64,000 nt of DNA from a virus. This document shows positions 8,484 through 17,995 of the stretch, piece after piece (the first letter of the stretch is position 1; each line of letters begins with the position of its first letter). The notes under the pieces were generated by a model, which saw only the letters and a list, made by a program, of their open reading frames with translations, was not told the DNA's origin and searched no databases. The translations under genes were made by a program, and so were the position numbers. The DNA lies in the IMG/VR virus record IMGVR_UViG_3300025818_000017; one strand, 5' to 3'.

Positions 8484-9563
8484 ATGAGTCAAAAAACAAA
8501 AGAGTCTCCCGCAGAGAGCAATGTAGCTGAAACGGGAAAAAAGAAGCCAACAGTAAAGAAAGTTTTAGTTGGCGATCAAGCACCAAAGGTTGAAAACCCT
8601 TATGAGTTAATGGTGGGTAGTCTAGATAAACACCGTAAGGAACTTAAAGCCGATGGATACGGTGTGATCAACGCCGATGCGAAAATCACACATATGATGA
8701 TTCCATTGAAGGATATTGAACCGTTGGAAACTCAGCGAGAGGTTAAACTTTCGTGGGCTAGGAAGCGCATCGAAGAGGAAGGTGGGCTTGATAAGGTTGC
8801 ATTTGGCACACCTAAGATTGCTCGTTTTGAAAACGACGAGTGGAAAGCTAATCTATGCTGGGATGGTCTAGGCCGTCTAGCAATGGCGTGGCTTATCCAC
8901 GATCCAGACACACTTATCCAGTGTGAGGTTTTTCATGATATGACGGTTGAAGATGCCGCCAGAATGTTCCATCTAACACAGGCTACAGGTGCGCGAAAAC
9001 TAAGTAAAGAAACTATCTTTGTCAATGCTTTCCGCGCCGGTGAAAAAGAAGCACTACGTCTTGCCAGCCTTCTAGATTTTCTAGATATGTATATCCAGGG
9101 TGAAACCCATCACCCTGTTCCGCACAAGAAAGTCGGTAATCCTGAGATTAGTCGGGCAGCACTTGAAGGCGGTGAGAAAATCACTGACCATTCTATGGGA
9201 ATCCAGCGTTTAGCTCGTGATATGATTTGCGAAGCATTCAAGTCACATATGCAGCCAAATGGTAAAATCACACAAGATTTATACTATGCTATTTGTAAGC
9301 TACTAGTAACGTATCCAGCCTTGCGTAAGGGTGCCCCCTATAAATCATTCATGGCTTGGCTCACTAGGATGGGTGCTGATGGTATGTATACACAGGAAAA
9401 CTTTAACAAGTTGTGGAAGGTTAATATCAAAGGTGCTTCTGGGAGTAGCGATAACGATTATGTTGCTCCACGTGCCCTTGAGCTTCTAAAACTATTTTAC
9501 ACTACTGGCGCTGAAAAGCACATCAAAGATAAGCTTCCATTGAAACATCTAGATGTTAGCTAA
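8484..9563 (+). CDS. ParB/Srx-like N-terminal domain protein (DUF6551-like)
   Basis: SD GGAGGT before ATG 8484; PLETQREVKLSW..CWDGLGRLAMA..EDAARMFHLTQ is a ParB-like pattern. Confidence 0.55.
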   Translation: MSQKTKESPAESNVAETGKKKPTVKKVLVGDQAPKVENPYELMVGSLDKHRKELKADGYGVINADAKITHMMIPLKDIEPLETQREVKLSWARKRIEEEGGLDKVAFGTPKIARFENDEWKANLCWDGLGRLAMAWLIHDPDTLIQCEVFHDMTVEDAARMFHLTQATGARKLSKETIFVNAFRAGEKEALRLASLLDFLDMYIQGETHHPVPHKKVGNPEISRAALEGGEKITDHSMGIQRLARDMICEAFKSHMQPNGKITQDLYYAICKLLVTYPALRKGAPYKSFMAWLTRMGADGMYTQENFNKLWKVNIKGASGSSDNDYVAPRALELLKLFYTTGAEKHIKDKLPLKHLDVS

Positions 9564-9569
9564 ACATAG

Positions 9570-9594
9570 AAAGGCTCCTTCGGGAGCCTTTTTT
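9570..9594 (+). terminator. Rho-independent terminator, C(UUCG)G loop
   Basis: AAAGGCTCC-TTCG-GGAGCCTTT plus T run; near copy of the 8365 terminator. Confidence 0.88.
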
Positions 9595-9659
9595 ATTGTA
9601 ATAAAAAATTCACACGAATCATAGTGAAATTCCAGAAATCTTCGTGTTATAATATGTAA

Positions 9660-9807
9660 ATAACCGTGCGAGGACGAGGGACAGTATGCACCGTCTACTA
9701 TTCGGGCTGTATATAATGACATTGCAAACTGGCACGGAAATGTAAATACAATTGAAGTTATATTCATGAATACTAAGTGACAACAAAGGGGCTTCGGCCC
9801 CTTTTTT
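9660..9807 (+). ncRNA. candidate ~145 nt small RNA (or 19-aa peptide unit)
   Basis: Own TATAAT (9648-9653) and GTAAATA, CCGTGC/GCACGG closing stem, own terminator; no ORF over 19 aa on this strand. Confidence 0.35.
9785..9807 (+). terminator. Rho-independent terminator, C(UUCG)G loop
   Basis: AAAGGGGC-TTCG-GCCCC followed by T6. Confidence 0.88.
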
Positions 9808-9811
9808 CTTG

Positions 9812-9839
9812 TTGACATTCTTTGTCAATATGCTATAAT
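9812..9839 (+). promoter_or_regulatory. sigma70-type promoter driving leaderless uvsE
   Basis: TTGACA-N16-(TGc)TATAAT, ATG 7 nt later; the -35 lies in an inverted repeat TTGACA-N5-TGTCAA. Confidence 0.75.
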
Positions 9840-9846
9840 AACAACC

Positions 9847-10899
9847 ATGACATATTTTGACCAAACCATACATCGTGTCGGCTTTGCGTGTAAGTATATG
9901 CACCCTGACCGCACACTATCCAAAAAGCTACTTGAAGATATCGAGCGTCCTATCAACGGGCGCACAACCACCGTCAAGTGGCTTAGTTCGCAACCCAAGC
10001 GACGAGCAGAAGAACGACTCTGGGAACTAACCAAGTCCAACATCAACTCTGTTCGCCTACTAATCAAGTATGTTGCGACACTCCCCCCAAACCAACGTAT
10101 GGTGCGTATCGGCAGCGAAGTGATGCCTGTGTACACACACCCCGATTGGTCATACTTCTATCAACAACCTGACGTAAAAACATACTGTGAACGCACACTC
10201 GCCGCTATCGGTGACCTTGCGCGTGAACACGATGTGCGTGTATCCATGCACCCCGGTCAGTTTTGTGTGCTTGCGTCAGACAATCCAGACACCGTGAATA
10301 ACTCTATTGACGAGTTTGAGTATCATATTGATATTGCTCGTATGATGGGTTACGGTCAAAAGTTTATGGATATGAAAGTAAATGTCCATATCGGTGGTCG
10401 CGGTGGTCCTGACGGTATTCGTGCTGTCCTACCGCGTTTGTCTACCGAAGCCCGTAACTGTCTAACGATTGAGAACGATGAAATGTCGTGGGGTCTTGAC
10501 GCATCGCTTGAACTTGCTAATGATGTTGCGCTTGTCCTTGACATTCACCATCACCTAATCCGTGACGAAGAATATATCCAAGCCAACGATGACCGCTTCA
10601 AGCGTGTGATTGATAGTTGGCGTGGTGTTCGTCCTACCATTCACTATTCTGTATCGCGTGAAGATTTGCTTGTCGGTCACGATCCAAATGTCCTACCTGA
10701 CATGAAACAGTTACTGGAAAGTGGCTACAAGAAAGCTAAACTTCGCGCACATAGTGATATGATGTGGAATCACGCATCAAACGATTGGGCCTTGACATTC
10801 CTTCCATATTCTGACATAATGGTGGAGTCAAAGTTCAAGAACCTTGCGTCAACTAAACTGGTGGAACATTATGAACGACAAATCAAAGCCGCAGTCTGA
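9847..10899 (+). CDS. uvsE: UV damage endonuclease UvsE
   Basis: VGFACK, RVSMHPGQF, NVHIGG, LTIENDE, LVLDIHHH, HYS..HSD, IMVESKFKNLA. Confidence 0.93.
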   Translation: MTYFDQTIHRVGFACKYMHPDRTLSKKLLEDIERPINGRTTTVKWLSSQPKRRAEERLWELTKSNINSVRLLIKYVATLPPNQRMVRIGSEVMPVYTHPDWSYFYQQPDVKTYCERTLAAIGDLAREHDVRVSMHPGQFCVLASDNPDTVNNSIDEFEYHIDIARMMGYGQKFMDMKVNVHIGGRGGPDGIRAVLPRLSTEARNCLTIENDEMSWGLDASLELANDVALVLDIHHHLIRDEEYIQANDDRFKRVIDSWRGVRPTIHYSVSREDLLVGHDPNVLPDMKQLLESGYKKAKLRAHSDMMWNHASNDWALTFLPYSDIMVESKFKNLASTKLVEHYERQIKAAV

Positions 10900-10919
10900 T
10901 AATCCCTTAGAAGGTTAAA

Positions 10920-11132
10920 ATGAGATATAGAATAACAACAACATTACGCCAAGGCATCAGAGATAACGCTGGTGTGTCGGTTACAGACTCATTACAGCGG
11001 CTTGGTTTCCCGATGGTAAAAGATGTTCGTATCGGTAAAACCTTTTACATTGAAACTGATGATGATATCAATGAGATTGCCAAAAAGATTGTCAATCCTG
11101 TGATGGAAGATTTCACCATTGAAGAAGTGTGA
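10920..11132 (+). CDS. purS: phosphoribosylformylglycinamidine synthase subunit PurS
   Basis: LRQGIRDNAG..LQRLGF..DVRIGKTFYI..IVNPVMEDF. Confidence 0.8.
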   Translation: MRYRITTTLRQGIRDNAGVSVTDSLQRLGFPMVKDVRIGKTFYIETDDDINEIAKKIVNPVMEDFTIEEV

Positions 11133-11274
11133 TAGATGTGGTCGCGAAGTAGTCAAAGAAGTGCCAGAACGGGCTGGAACTGGACAATGCGGTGGTTGCC
11201 ACAAGACCATTTATGGACTGTGGGACGAAGATTGCCGCCAAGTTATTTTGGAAAAAGATTTCAAAAACACTTGA
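11119..11274 (+). CDS. small Zn-finger protein (51 aa), missed by ORF track
   Basis: TTG start; MKKCDRCGRE...QCGGCHK (two CxxC); stop TGA lies inside the next TTGACA. Confidence 0.55.
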   Translation: MKKCDRCGREVVKEVPERAGTGQCGGCHKTIYGLWDEDCRQVILEKDFKNT

Positions 11275-11319
11275 CAATCTCTGAGGTCGTGGTATACTAT
11301 ATAAAGAATGGAGAATATA

Positions 11320-12072
11320 ATGCGTATTCGTTACTGCTCAGATTTACATTTAGAGTTTTCAGGTTTGACTATGGATTTCCCATATAATGGGGAAGATGTG
11401 CTTGTTCTGCCTGGCGATGTTACCGTCCGAAACTATGATGATTGGATCAAAGAACAGGCTGATGTTTTTCCTAATGTTGTAGTTATTCACGGCAATCACG
11501 AATACTATGGACGGCGCATTGATAAGGTTGATCGCATTGCTCGTGAGAACTATTCGAAATACCAAAACCTTCATTTTCTGCAAAACGAGAGTGTTACGCT
11601 GGATGGTGTTACTTTCCACGGCACTACACTCTGGACAGATATGAACAAAGGTTGTCCAATGACGGTCAGTGTGGTTGGTTCCATTATGAAAGATTATCGC
11701 CAGATCAGTTATCATAATCCAAATGGTTCGTATCATAAGTTTGGTCCCAAAGATGCAATGCGTGAGCATATGGTTGCCAAGCAATATTTGTTGGATAATG
11801 TGAAAGAAGGCGATGTTGTCGTTACTCATATGGCACCGACATTCCTTTCCATCCACGAAATGTATAAGCATGACCCTTATATGAATGGTGGTTATGCGAG
11901 TGACTTGTCTGAGTTAATACTGGATACCAAGCCATCACTATTTTTTCATGGGCATGTTCATAATACCTTTGACTATATGGTTGGTGACACCCGTGTTCTT
12001 TGTAATCCGAGAGGATATAGTGGCGTTGAGGAAAATCCAGATTTTGACCTTTACGCAACAGTGGAGATTTAG
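11320..12072 (+). CDS. calcineurin-like metallophosphoesterase
   Basis: SDLH, LPGD, HGNHEYY, VTHMAP, HGHVH, CNPRGY; promoter TTGACA-N16-TATACT at 11271-11298. Confidence 0.9.
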   Translation: MRIRYCSDLHLEFSGLTMDFPYNGEDVLVLPGDVTVRNYDDWIKEQADVFPNVVVIHGNHEYYGRRIDKVDRIARENYSKYQNLHFLQNESVTLDGVTFHGTTLWTDMNKGCPMTVSVVGSIMKDYRQISYHNPNGSYHKFGPKDAMREHMVAKQYLLDNVKEGDVVVTHMAPTFLSIHEMYKHDPYMNGGYASDLSELILDTKPSLFFHGHVHNTFDYMVGDTRVLCNPRGYSGVEENPDFDLYATVEI

Positions 12073-12074
12073 AA

Positions 12075-12296
12075 ATGCTTAAAATAGCTTGCGTAGCTGG
12101 ACTGTTGATCTTCAATACGACAGCGTTCAATCCAGATAACATCAATTCAATCAACGCTAAAAGTGATAATGTTATTGTACGAACATCACAGAAACACTCT
12201 TATTTTTTCGATGCGGATAGCAAAAAAGAAGCCAAAGAAGCCTGGGAATATTCCTTGGAAGCGTGGCGTGAATGCAAAAAGGAATGGAACAAATGA
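12075..12296 (+). CDS. hypothetical secreted protein
   Basis: ORF track; signal-like N-terminus. Confidence 0.55.
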   Translation: MLKIACVAGLLIFNTTAFNPDNINSINAKSDNVIVRTSQKHSYFFDADSKKEAKEAWEYSLEAWRECKKEWNK

Positions 12297-12505
12297 TCAA
12301 GGATGATTGGCGCACTGTTCCAGAAGCCTTGGAACTACTTGGCGAAGGATGGTATCATTCAGATGAAGGCCCATCCAAGGCAGGGCACATCTACAGTAAA
12401 GATGGTTGTTCCCGCATTCGTGTTTATGATGGAACCGAACATCCATTAGCACAAAAGAATATGGTAATCGTCAATACCAAGCCTTTTCAGGATAGAGTGA
12501 AATGA
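12293..12505 (+). CDS. hypothetical protein
   Basis: ATGA-coupled start at 12293. Confidence 0.6.
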   Translation: MIKDDWRTVPEALELLGEGWYHSDEGPSKAGHIYSKDGCSRIRVYDGTEHPLAQKNMVIVNTKPFQDRVK

Positions 12506-12837
12506 ACGGTGAACTTACCAAGCATCTAACCAAGAAACCTTTCTATTCCGTAGATTACTTCTTTATGGATGATGTTTATATTGATGCTCCTATTATAGAA
12601 GAAGATGTAAAAGAAATCTTCAAATACACGGATTCTATGATGATTGAAACCTATCAAGAAGAACGCAATATTGAAACGATGGAAGATTTCAATAGGTTTG
12701 TATCGGTGTTGAAGTATGATTGTCCATCAAGTAGTATGGTTGTGGATACCATTCGTTTCTGTTTGGATGAAACAAAACAGACTTGGTTTGATCTTTCTAA
12801 TAAATGTCGTGTAACCAAACAGGAGTTAGTATCGTGA
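12502..12837 (+). CDS. hypothetical protein
   Basis: ATGA-coupled ORF. Confidence 0.65.
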   Translation: MNGELTKHLTKKPFYSVDYFFMDDVYIDAPIIEEDVKEIFKYTDSMMIETYQEERNIETMEDFNRFVSVLKYDCPSSSMVVDTIRFCLDETKQTWFDLSNKCRVTKQELVS

Positions 12838-13082
12838 AAAAATTAATGTTGGTCTTAGTAGCTGGTATTGCATTGTCTGGATGCAGTAAAGAGTTCGTTG
12901 AGAACTACCGCTATATCAAAGAAATGGAAAACCGCCCACGTTCTTGGTCTGCTATTGGTCAATCACCAGAACGGGCACAGGATTTCCATATGTGGAAACT
13001 TCGTCAGCGGTGTAAAATCAACTATTCCTTTGAGTGCTTGGAAATGGACATTCACGGTGACCGTAGGAACCGTTATAAATGA
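12834..13082 (+). CDS. putative lipoprotein
   Basis: GTG start; KKLMLVLVAGIALSGC lipobox. Confidence 0.7.
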   Translation: MKKLMLVLVAGIALSGCSKEFVENYRYIKEMENRPRSWSAIGQSPERAQDFHMWKLRQRCKINYSFECLEMDIHGDRRNRYK

Positions 13083-13414
13083 AGAAAAACCATTACGCTT
13101 CTGGCTATGACCCGAAGAAAACTTCGGCTAAACACGAATATCCATCATCAAGGTATTCAGTGCCACAGCCATATGTCCCAAGCCGAAACTACGACTTGAT
13201 AGTAGATGATTACTATGAATCTCAGGATATCTTGAAGTTTTGCAAAGAAAACAAAATGAAGGTAATCAACTGGGAAGCATGCACATTTATTGAAGATCGG
13301 GGCGGCGATGGGGATTATGGCAGTTTATACCATTTGAAACCCAAGATGGTCATTCAGTTGGCGAGGGGTAAAGATTATACCTTTCTTGCCCTAAAATATG
13401 GCTTGACAGACTAA
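13079..13414 (+). CDS. hypothetical protein
   Basis: Coupled ORF; C-terminus GKDYTFLALKYG. Confidence 0.65.
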   Translation: MKKNHYASGYDPKKTSAKHEYPSSRYSVPQPYVPSRNYDLIVDDYYESQDILKFCKENKMKVINWEACTFIEDRGGDGDYGSLYHLKPKMVIQLARGKDYTFLALKYGLTD

Positions 13415-13468
13415 CCTAAAATACTGTATAATAATCGTATCAACCACTCTAACATATGGAGAAATAAA

Positions 13469-13663
13469 ATGAGTGAAGTGACTTTTGAACAAGAACTAGA
13501 TTTTGCTGCTGGTGAAGCTGTTTTCGGCATGCAGTTGAATCGCAAGGATGCTGTAAAGTTTGTTCTCAACAATGTGAGCAAACGATATGTTATTAGTCGT
13601 GAGCAAGCCGAGAAGGCGGTTGAGGAAGTAATGACGGAATATAAGATTTCATTGGGGCAATAA
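13469..13663 (+). CDS. hypothetical protein
   Basis: SD GGAG; upstream TTGACA...TATAAT promoter. Confidence 0.7.
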   Translation: MSEVTFEQELDFAAGEAVFGMQLNRKDAVKFVLNNVSKRYVISREQAEKAVEEVMTEYKISLGQ

Positions 13664-14229
13664 TGGATTTCCAAAAGATTGAGGATATTGTAGTCCCTAC
13701 GGAACAGGCATATGCGCCTTACGTTATCCGTCCAAATATGAGAAACGGACCTTGGATTGCTGGTGGTGCTGTGCGCCACTGGCTACAAGGCGAGTTAGTG
13801 AATAGTGATGTTGATGTGTATGTTAGGTCCGAGGAACAACAGCGTGACCTAAATGCCCGTCTACATAATGCGGGATATGTGCAGCACTATGCCACAAAGA
13901 ACGCCATTACATATAAGGGCAACTTCAATATTGAAACTGTGGTGGATATCCAAGTCATCATCAAAGACTTTCATAAGTCTGCCGAAGATGTGCTGAATAC
14001 ATTTGACTTTGCTCAATCACAGTTGATTACTGATGGCTATGAAGTTCACGGTAATCCACTTTGGAATAATGATGAACTTATTGTTGATGGCTATAAATCG
14101 GAAAGTGTTCTAAAACGTTTCGTCAAGTATTATGTGTACGGTTACAAGGTAAAGCCAGGAACACTAACGGAATGGTCCAAAGACAAGAAGTTGAACTATA
14201 ACTTTATGAATGATGGTAGTGGATACTAA
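13663..14229 (+). CDS. minimal class II nucleotidyltransferase (CCA/poly(A) polymerase head-like)
   Basis: WIAGGAVRH..SDVDVY (G-G-x-V-R, DxD) and VLNTFDF; lacks RRD and EDxxR. Confidence 0.75.
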   Translation: MDFQKIEDIVVPTEQAYAPYVIRPNMRNGPWIAGGAVRHWLQGELVNSDVDVYVRSEEQQRDLNARLHNAGYVQHYATKNAITYKGNFNIETVVDIQVIIKDFHKSAEDVLNTFDFAQSQLITDGYEVHGNPLWNNDELIVDGYKSESVLKRFVKYYVYGYKVKPGTLTEWSKDKKLNYNFMNDGSGY

Positions 14230-14834
14230 TGACGCATACAATATTTGATGAACGTGTTCGGCGAATGGTTGAAATGACCGATAAAGAATACGGTGACTAT
14301 AAACGCTCAAAGTTTGTCCCTATTGACCCCATCTGGACCAAGACCATGACTTGGGTTGGCTTGACCAGTGAACCCGTGATTACCAAGTTGAATGTACAGG
14401 GTAATGAACATTACTATGTGATTACAAAAACACGAGCATTTACCCATAGGTTATTCACGGCGTTGGTTGCTGACTATTGTTGGTATGTTCGTCCTACGCC
14501 GACGATGAAGGAAGAACTTTATCAAGATGCTCTAAACCATCATTTGGTTGCCAAGATTGACGAACCAATGGAAGGAAATGTTACTGCTGATTATACGGCA
14601 GATCGTTGGTTCAATCGTTGTAAGAAAGAGTTTATCTATAACTGTAAAGAATGGATTGATGGATATAACTTTGATACAGAGAACGATAAGATTTTGATGT
14701 TCTTGGATATTTCCAATGTGAAGTTTACAGAGACATCAAAGTTTGTTCGTACTGACGATTACAGGAATAGAGGCTCTAAGATTTTCTATTCTAAACTACT
14801 GGAAGCGGCAAAGGTAGAGGAAATCCCATTCTAA
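14229..14834 (+). CDS. hypothetical protein
   Basis: 201 aa coupled ORF. Confidence 0.7.
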   Translation: MTHTIFDERVRRMVEMTDKEYGDYKRSKFVPIDPIWTKTMTWVGLTSEPVITKLNVQGNEHYYVITKTRAFTHRLFTALVADYCWYVRPTPTMKEELYQDALNHHLVAKIDEPMEGNVTADYTADRWFNRCKKEFIYNCKEWIDGYNFDTENDKILMFLDISNVKFTETSKFVRTDDYRNRGSKIFYSKLLEAAKVEEIPF

Positions 14835-15130
14835 TGACCCAAGTTTCACTGCCTGATAATATAAAGCAGTTTCAGTGGTGTAAGAAACGATTAGTTGGAA
14901 CTATAAGATTTGGTGAAGAGGGAATGAGTTTGGAAGACTATTATGAAAAGAAAACCTCTGAGTTTTCCGCATTACACAGTATTTGCCCTTACGGTATAGA
15001 GATTGGTAGAGACTGGAAAATGCCTAATGAAAAGGATACCAAAGGGTTCTGGTTTATCAGAGATAATTATCTTGGATTTCAACTGGAAGCCGACAGAACT
15101 TGGTATATGATGAAAAATGGAAAAGCATAG
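14834..15130 (+). CDS. hypothetical protein
   Basis: Coupled ORF; C-terminus FQLEADRTWYMMKNG. Confidence 0.65.
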   Translation: MTQVSLPDNIKQFQWCKKRLVGTIRFGEEGMSLEDYYEKKTSEFSALHSICPYGIEIGRDWKMPNEKDTKGFWFIRDNYLGFQLEADRTWYMMKNGKA

Positions 15131-15980
15131 ACTTCAATATCTGGATTTGGTAATTCAGTATTCTTGCAATTTATCTTGCAGCGGCTGTATATCTCTATCT
15201 AACTATAACCGAAAAGGAACAGTGTCATACAATGATGGTGAGCAGTGGCTTAAAGAATGGTCCAAGCTTATAGACTGTGACATTATTTGTTTGTTCGGCG
15301 GTGAACCCCTTCTGAATAAAGACTTTGGGAAATGGGTGCGTGGTGTAAGAGAGTATTTTCCATCTTCGCGTATAAAAATTATTACTAACATATTCTATCT
15401 GCGCGAGGACCATGTTGATTTGTTGGTCGAGGTTGGAAACTCAACACTTCAATGTTCATATCATTATCGTGGGAACGACACATATGATATGTTAAAGGGT
15501 ATCGTAACAAAATGCATATCTAAGTACAAGTGGAAACCAATACCCAATGATGAAATTAGTTTACTTACTTTACAACATAAAGATGTGGTTGTGAAAAACA
15601 CGGTGTTTGGTGAATTTAAAACACCAATGAAGGCGGTGGATGGGAAGATTTATCCTTGGGATAGCAAGGATTTGCAGAAGAGCATCAGTATATGCGGTAA
15701 CCCACGCAACCCCGTTCTTTTCAAGAATAGGTTGTTCAAATGTAGTCCGATAGCAAACTTAGAAGATACACTAAGTGCATTAGGTCAATCCGAAGAAGAT
15801 GATTGGCAACCTTTCTTAGATTATAAGGGGTATGGTTTGAATGATGATATCGCGGAGTTTGCCGATGATGTAGGTAATCCTAATAAAATATGTAGTATGT
15901 GCAGCGATGACCCAAATAAAATACAGAACGTCGATCATTATGCTGACGGTCAGGTAAGGAGCAGAAAGAAATGCTTGTAA
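15117..15980 (+). CDS. radical SAM protein
   Basis: CNLSCSGC, LFGGEPLLN, C-terminal C..CS..CSMC; paralogue of 5517-6446. Confidence 0.85.
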   Translation: MEKHRLQYLDLVIQYSCNLSCSGCISLSNYNRKGTVSYNDGEQWLKEWSKLIDCDIICLFGGEPLLNKDFGKWVRGVREYFPSSRIKIITNIFYLREDHVDLLVEVGNSTLQCSYHYRGNDTYDMLKGIVTKCISKYKWKPIPNDEISLLTLQHKDVVVKNTVFGEFKTPMKAVDGKIYPWDSKDLQKSISICGNPRNPVLFKNRLFKCSPIANLEDTLSALGQSEEDDWQPFLDYKGYGLNDDIAEFADDVGNPNKICSMCSDDPNKIQNVDHYADGQVRSRKKCL

Positions 15981-16753
15981 CTGGTGGGTGCGGTATGTCT
16001 CAAGAGAGTTTTGAACTATGGAGAACTTGGCCTTCATTCTGCAATATGACACACCATTGTGATCACAGTAACGTTGGTGTCCCTGCTGGCGGCAACAAAC
16101 TAATAGGAAGAACATTACTGCATAAAATATATAGCGAAGATGTAGATGTATGTATCGTAACATGGACTTCAATAGGTAAGGAAGACTTCTATATTGAGAA
16201 GGCAGATATTGCCGATGAAATAAGAACATATAACCTACGCAATTTCTTAGTTGATATCCGAGGTAACGTTGTATCCGGTGAAGGGTTTTGGCCTAGTTCT
16301 GTATCAGACGACAACCGTATCAAAGAATGGTATACTAGAAATCTAGCGTCCAAGTTCAATAGTTATTATGAGCTTCTTGAGAGTATATTGTTCGTTCAAT
16401 CTGTAGTAAAGGAAAAAGGCATATCGTTATATATGTTCTTTAGTTATGTCATAGATTTCGAGTACATCATTGCGACGAAAGAGTTGTCTACGTTATGGGA
16501 ACAAGTTGATAAAAAGAGTTTTGTCACTGACCAGTTTCTTGCTAACCAGTACCAAGATTCTAAATGGAAACATTTTCAGAAAGCAAACGACTATGGGCTT
16601 GTCCCTGTCATTGGATGGCAATGGGATTTTTACGAGCAGTATATTATTCCTATACTAGATAATCACTACGATAGAAAAAATGTGAATTTGGATAAGTTAC
16701 GCGATGGTTGCTATGCATTATGCGAGAAGAACTATACGGAAGGTATATCGTGA
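15971..16753 (+). CDS. SGNH-hydrolase-like hypothetical protein
   Basis: LVTGGCGMS..NVGVPAGGNKLI..CIVTWTS pattern. Confidence 0.5.
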   Translation: MLVTGGCGMSQESFELWRTWPSFCNMTHHCDHSNVGVPAGGNKLIGRTLLHKIYSEDVDVCIVTWTSIGKEDFYIEKADIADEIRTYNLRNFLVDIRGNVVSGEGFWPSSVSDDNRIKEWYTRNLASKFNSYYELLESILFVQSVVKEKGISLYMFFSYVIDFEYIIATKELSTLWEQVDKKSFVTDQFLANQYQDSKWKHFQKANDYGLVPVIGWQWDFYEQYIIPILDNHYDRKNVNLDKLRDGCYALCEKNYTEGIS

Positions 16754-17166
16754 ACTTCGAAGTACATATATCAAAGTTGAAGAGTACTTCCGATCCGTCC
16801 ATATCTATTCATATGGGGGAGTTCGATGAAGAGTATGTAATAATGGATACTGAGCAAGTGATAAGATTTAATAGTGAGCCGGCTACAATGTATATCACAC
16901 GCAGAGACACTAAGTTGTACCAATCAAGATGGAATTATTTGGAAAATAAGATCACGGTGGAGCGTTTGGTAATAGATGATTTCTGGTGCTTCGATAAAGA
17001 CTATTATCTTCCGCAAGCTATTCCTGATCAGGAATACCTGGATCACATAAAGCACATCGAAGGTAGTGAATGGATAGACGCCGCACTAAAGAGTACCACG
17101 GACTTATTTTTTAATGGGAGTCTGATGTACAATATAAAACGGCCTATTAGGAGCATGTTTTACTAA
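16750..17166 (+). CDS. hypothetical protein
   Basis: GTGA-coupled start at 16750. Confidence 0.6.
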   Translation: MNFEVHISKLKSTSDPSISIHMGEFDEEYVIMDTEQVIRFNSEPATMYITRRDTKLYQSRWNYLENKITVERLVIDDFWCFDKDYYLPQAIPDQEYLDHIKHIEGSEWIDAALKSTTDLFFNGSLMYNIKRPIRSMFY

Positions 17167-17759
17167 TGATCATATACTTAGGAATGCCTCGTTGCGCGAG
17201 TAGCTGGTTGTTTAATACCGTGTCGCAAAGGGTAGGATATGAAGGAGAGAAGGAGCCGCACTCTCTATATACTTCTGGTACTCTCACAAACACAGTGCTA
17301 GACTTCTCAACGAATAATTGGAGTATGGATAGCGATGTTGCTAGAAGTATCGATTCGCTAGTCTCGCACTATATCTTCATATTCCGCGATCCATTAGAGT
17401 TAGCCAGAAGTTATTATACGTTACTGGAATCAGAGCAAGACTTTTCGGAGTTTTATGAAACACTGATTATCCAAAAGTTACTCTGTTATGGCGATATACT
17501 GGAGCGATGGTGTAAAATTATTGATATTTCTAAACTTTTAGTGTATGATTATAATAATCATATATCTGGAAGACAGAGAGAATTTATGGAGAATATTTGT
17601 GGTGAATTGGGAATTGAGCCATCGTATACAGATGAAGTTCTTAATGCATCGAAAAGTAAAATCTGTCATGTACCAAGTAGAAAACTGTTAGATGTTACGG
17701 ATGGACAAATGAGGAAATATAATGACATTGCAGAAAAAAAGAACTTGTGGAAAGTGTAA
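17166..17759 (+). CDS. sulfotransferase-like protein
   Basis: IYLGMPRCASSWL (5'-PSB) and FIFRDPLELARSYY (3'-PB). Confidence 0.7.
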   Translation: MIIYLGMPRCASSWLFNTVSQRVGYEGEKEPHSLYTSGTLTNTVLDFSTNNWSMDSDVARSIDSLVSHYIFIFRDPLELARSYYTLLESEQDFSEFYETLIIQKLLCYGDILERWCKIIDISKLLVYDYNNHISGRQREFMENICGELGIEPSYTDEVLNASKSKICHVPSRKLLDVTDGQMRKYNDIAEKKNLWKV

Positions 17760-17964
17760 GGAAGAAAAAGATATTGACCAGTTTCGTTTCATTAAAGCCA
17801 CTGGTTATTATCAATCGTATTGTAAAGAATGTATGAATGAGTATAATAAGCTAAACGCAAAAGAAAGACGCCAGAAACAGAAAGCGGAAGAAAAATCACC
17901 AGAAAGAGTTTTTGCTAACATTTTGGCAAGAAAACGCTTGACAGAAGATGATAATAGTGTATAA
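17722..17964 (+). CDS. Zn-finger protein
   Basis: RTCGKCKEEKDIDQF...SYCKECM. Confidence 0.65.
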   Translation: MTLQKKRTCGKCKEEKDIDQFRFIKATGYYQSYCKECMNEYNKLNAKERRQKQKAEEKSPERVFANILARKRLTEDDNSV

Positions 17965-17995
17965 TGGTTGTATTAAGTAATAACGGAGAATACCG

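Noticed and set aside
9812-9828. TTGACA-N5-TGTCAA as an FNR/FnrL box
   Set aside because: Spacing is TTGA-N9-TCAA, not TTGA-N6-TCAA.
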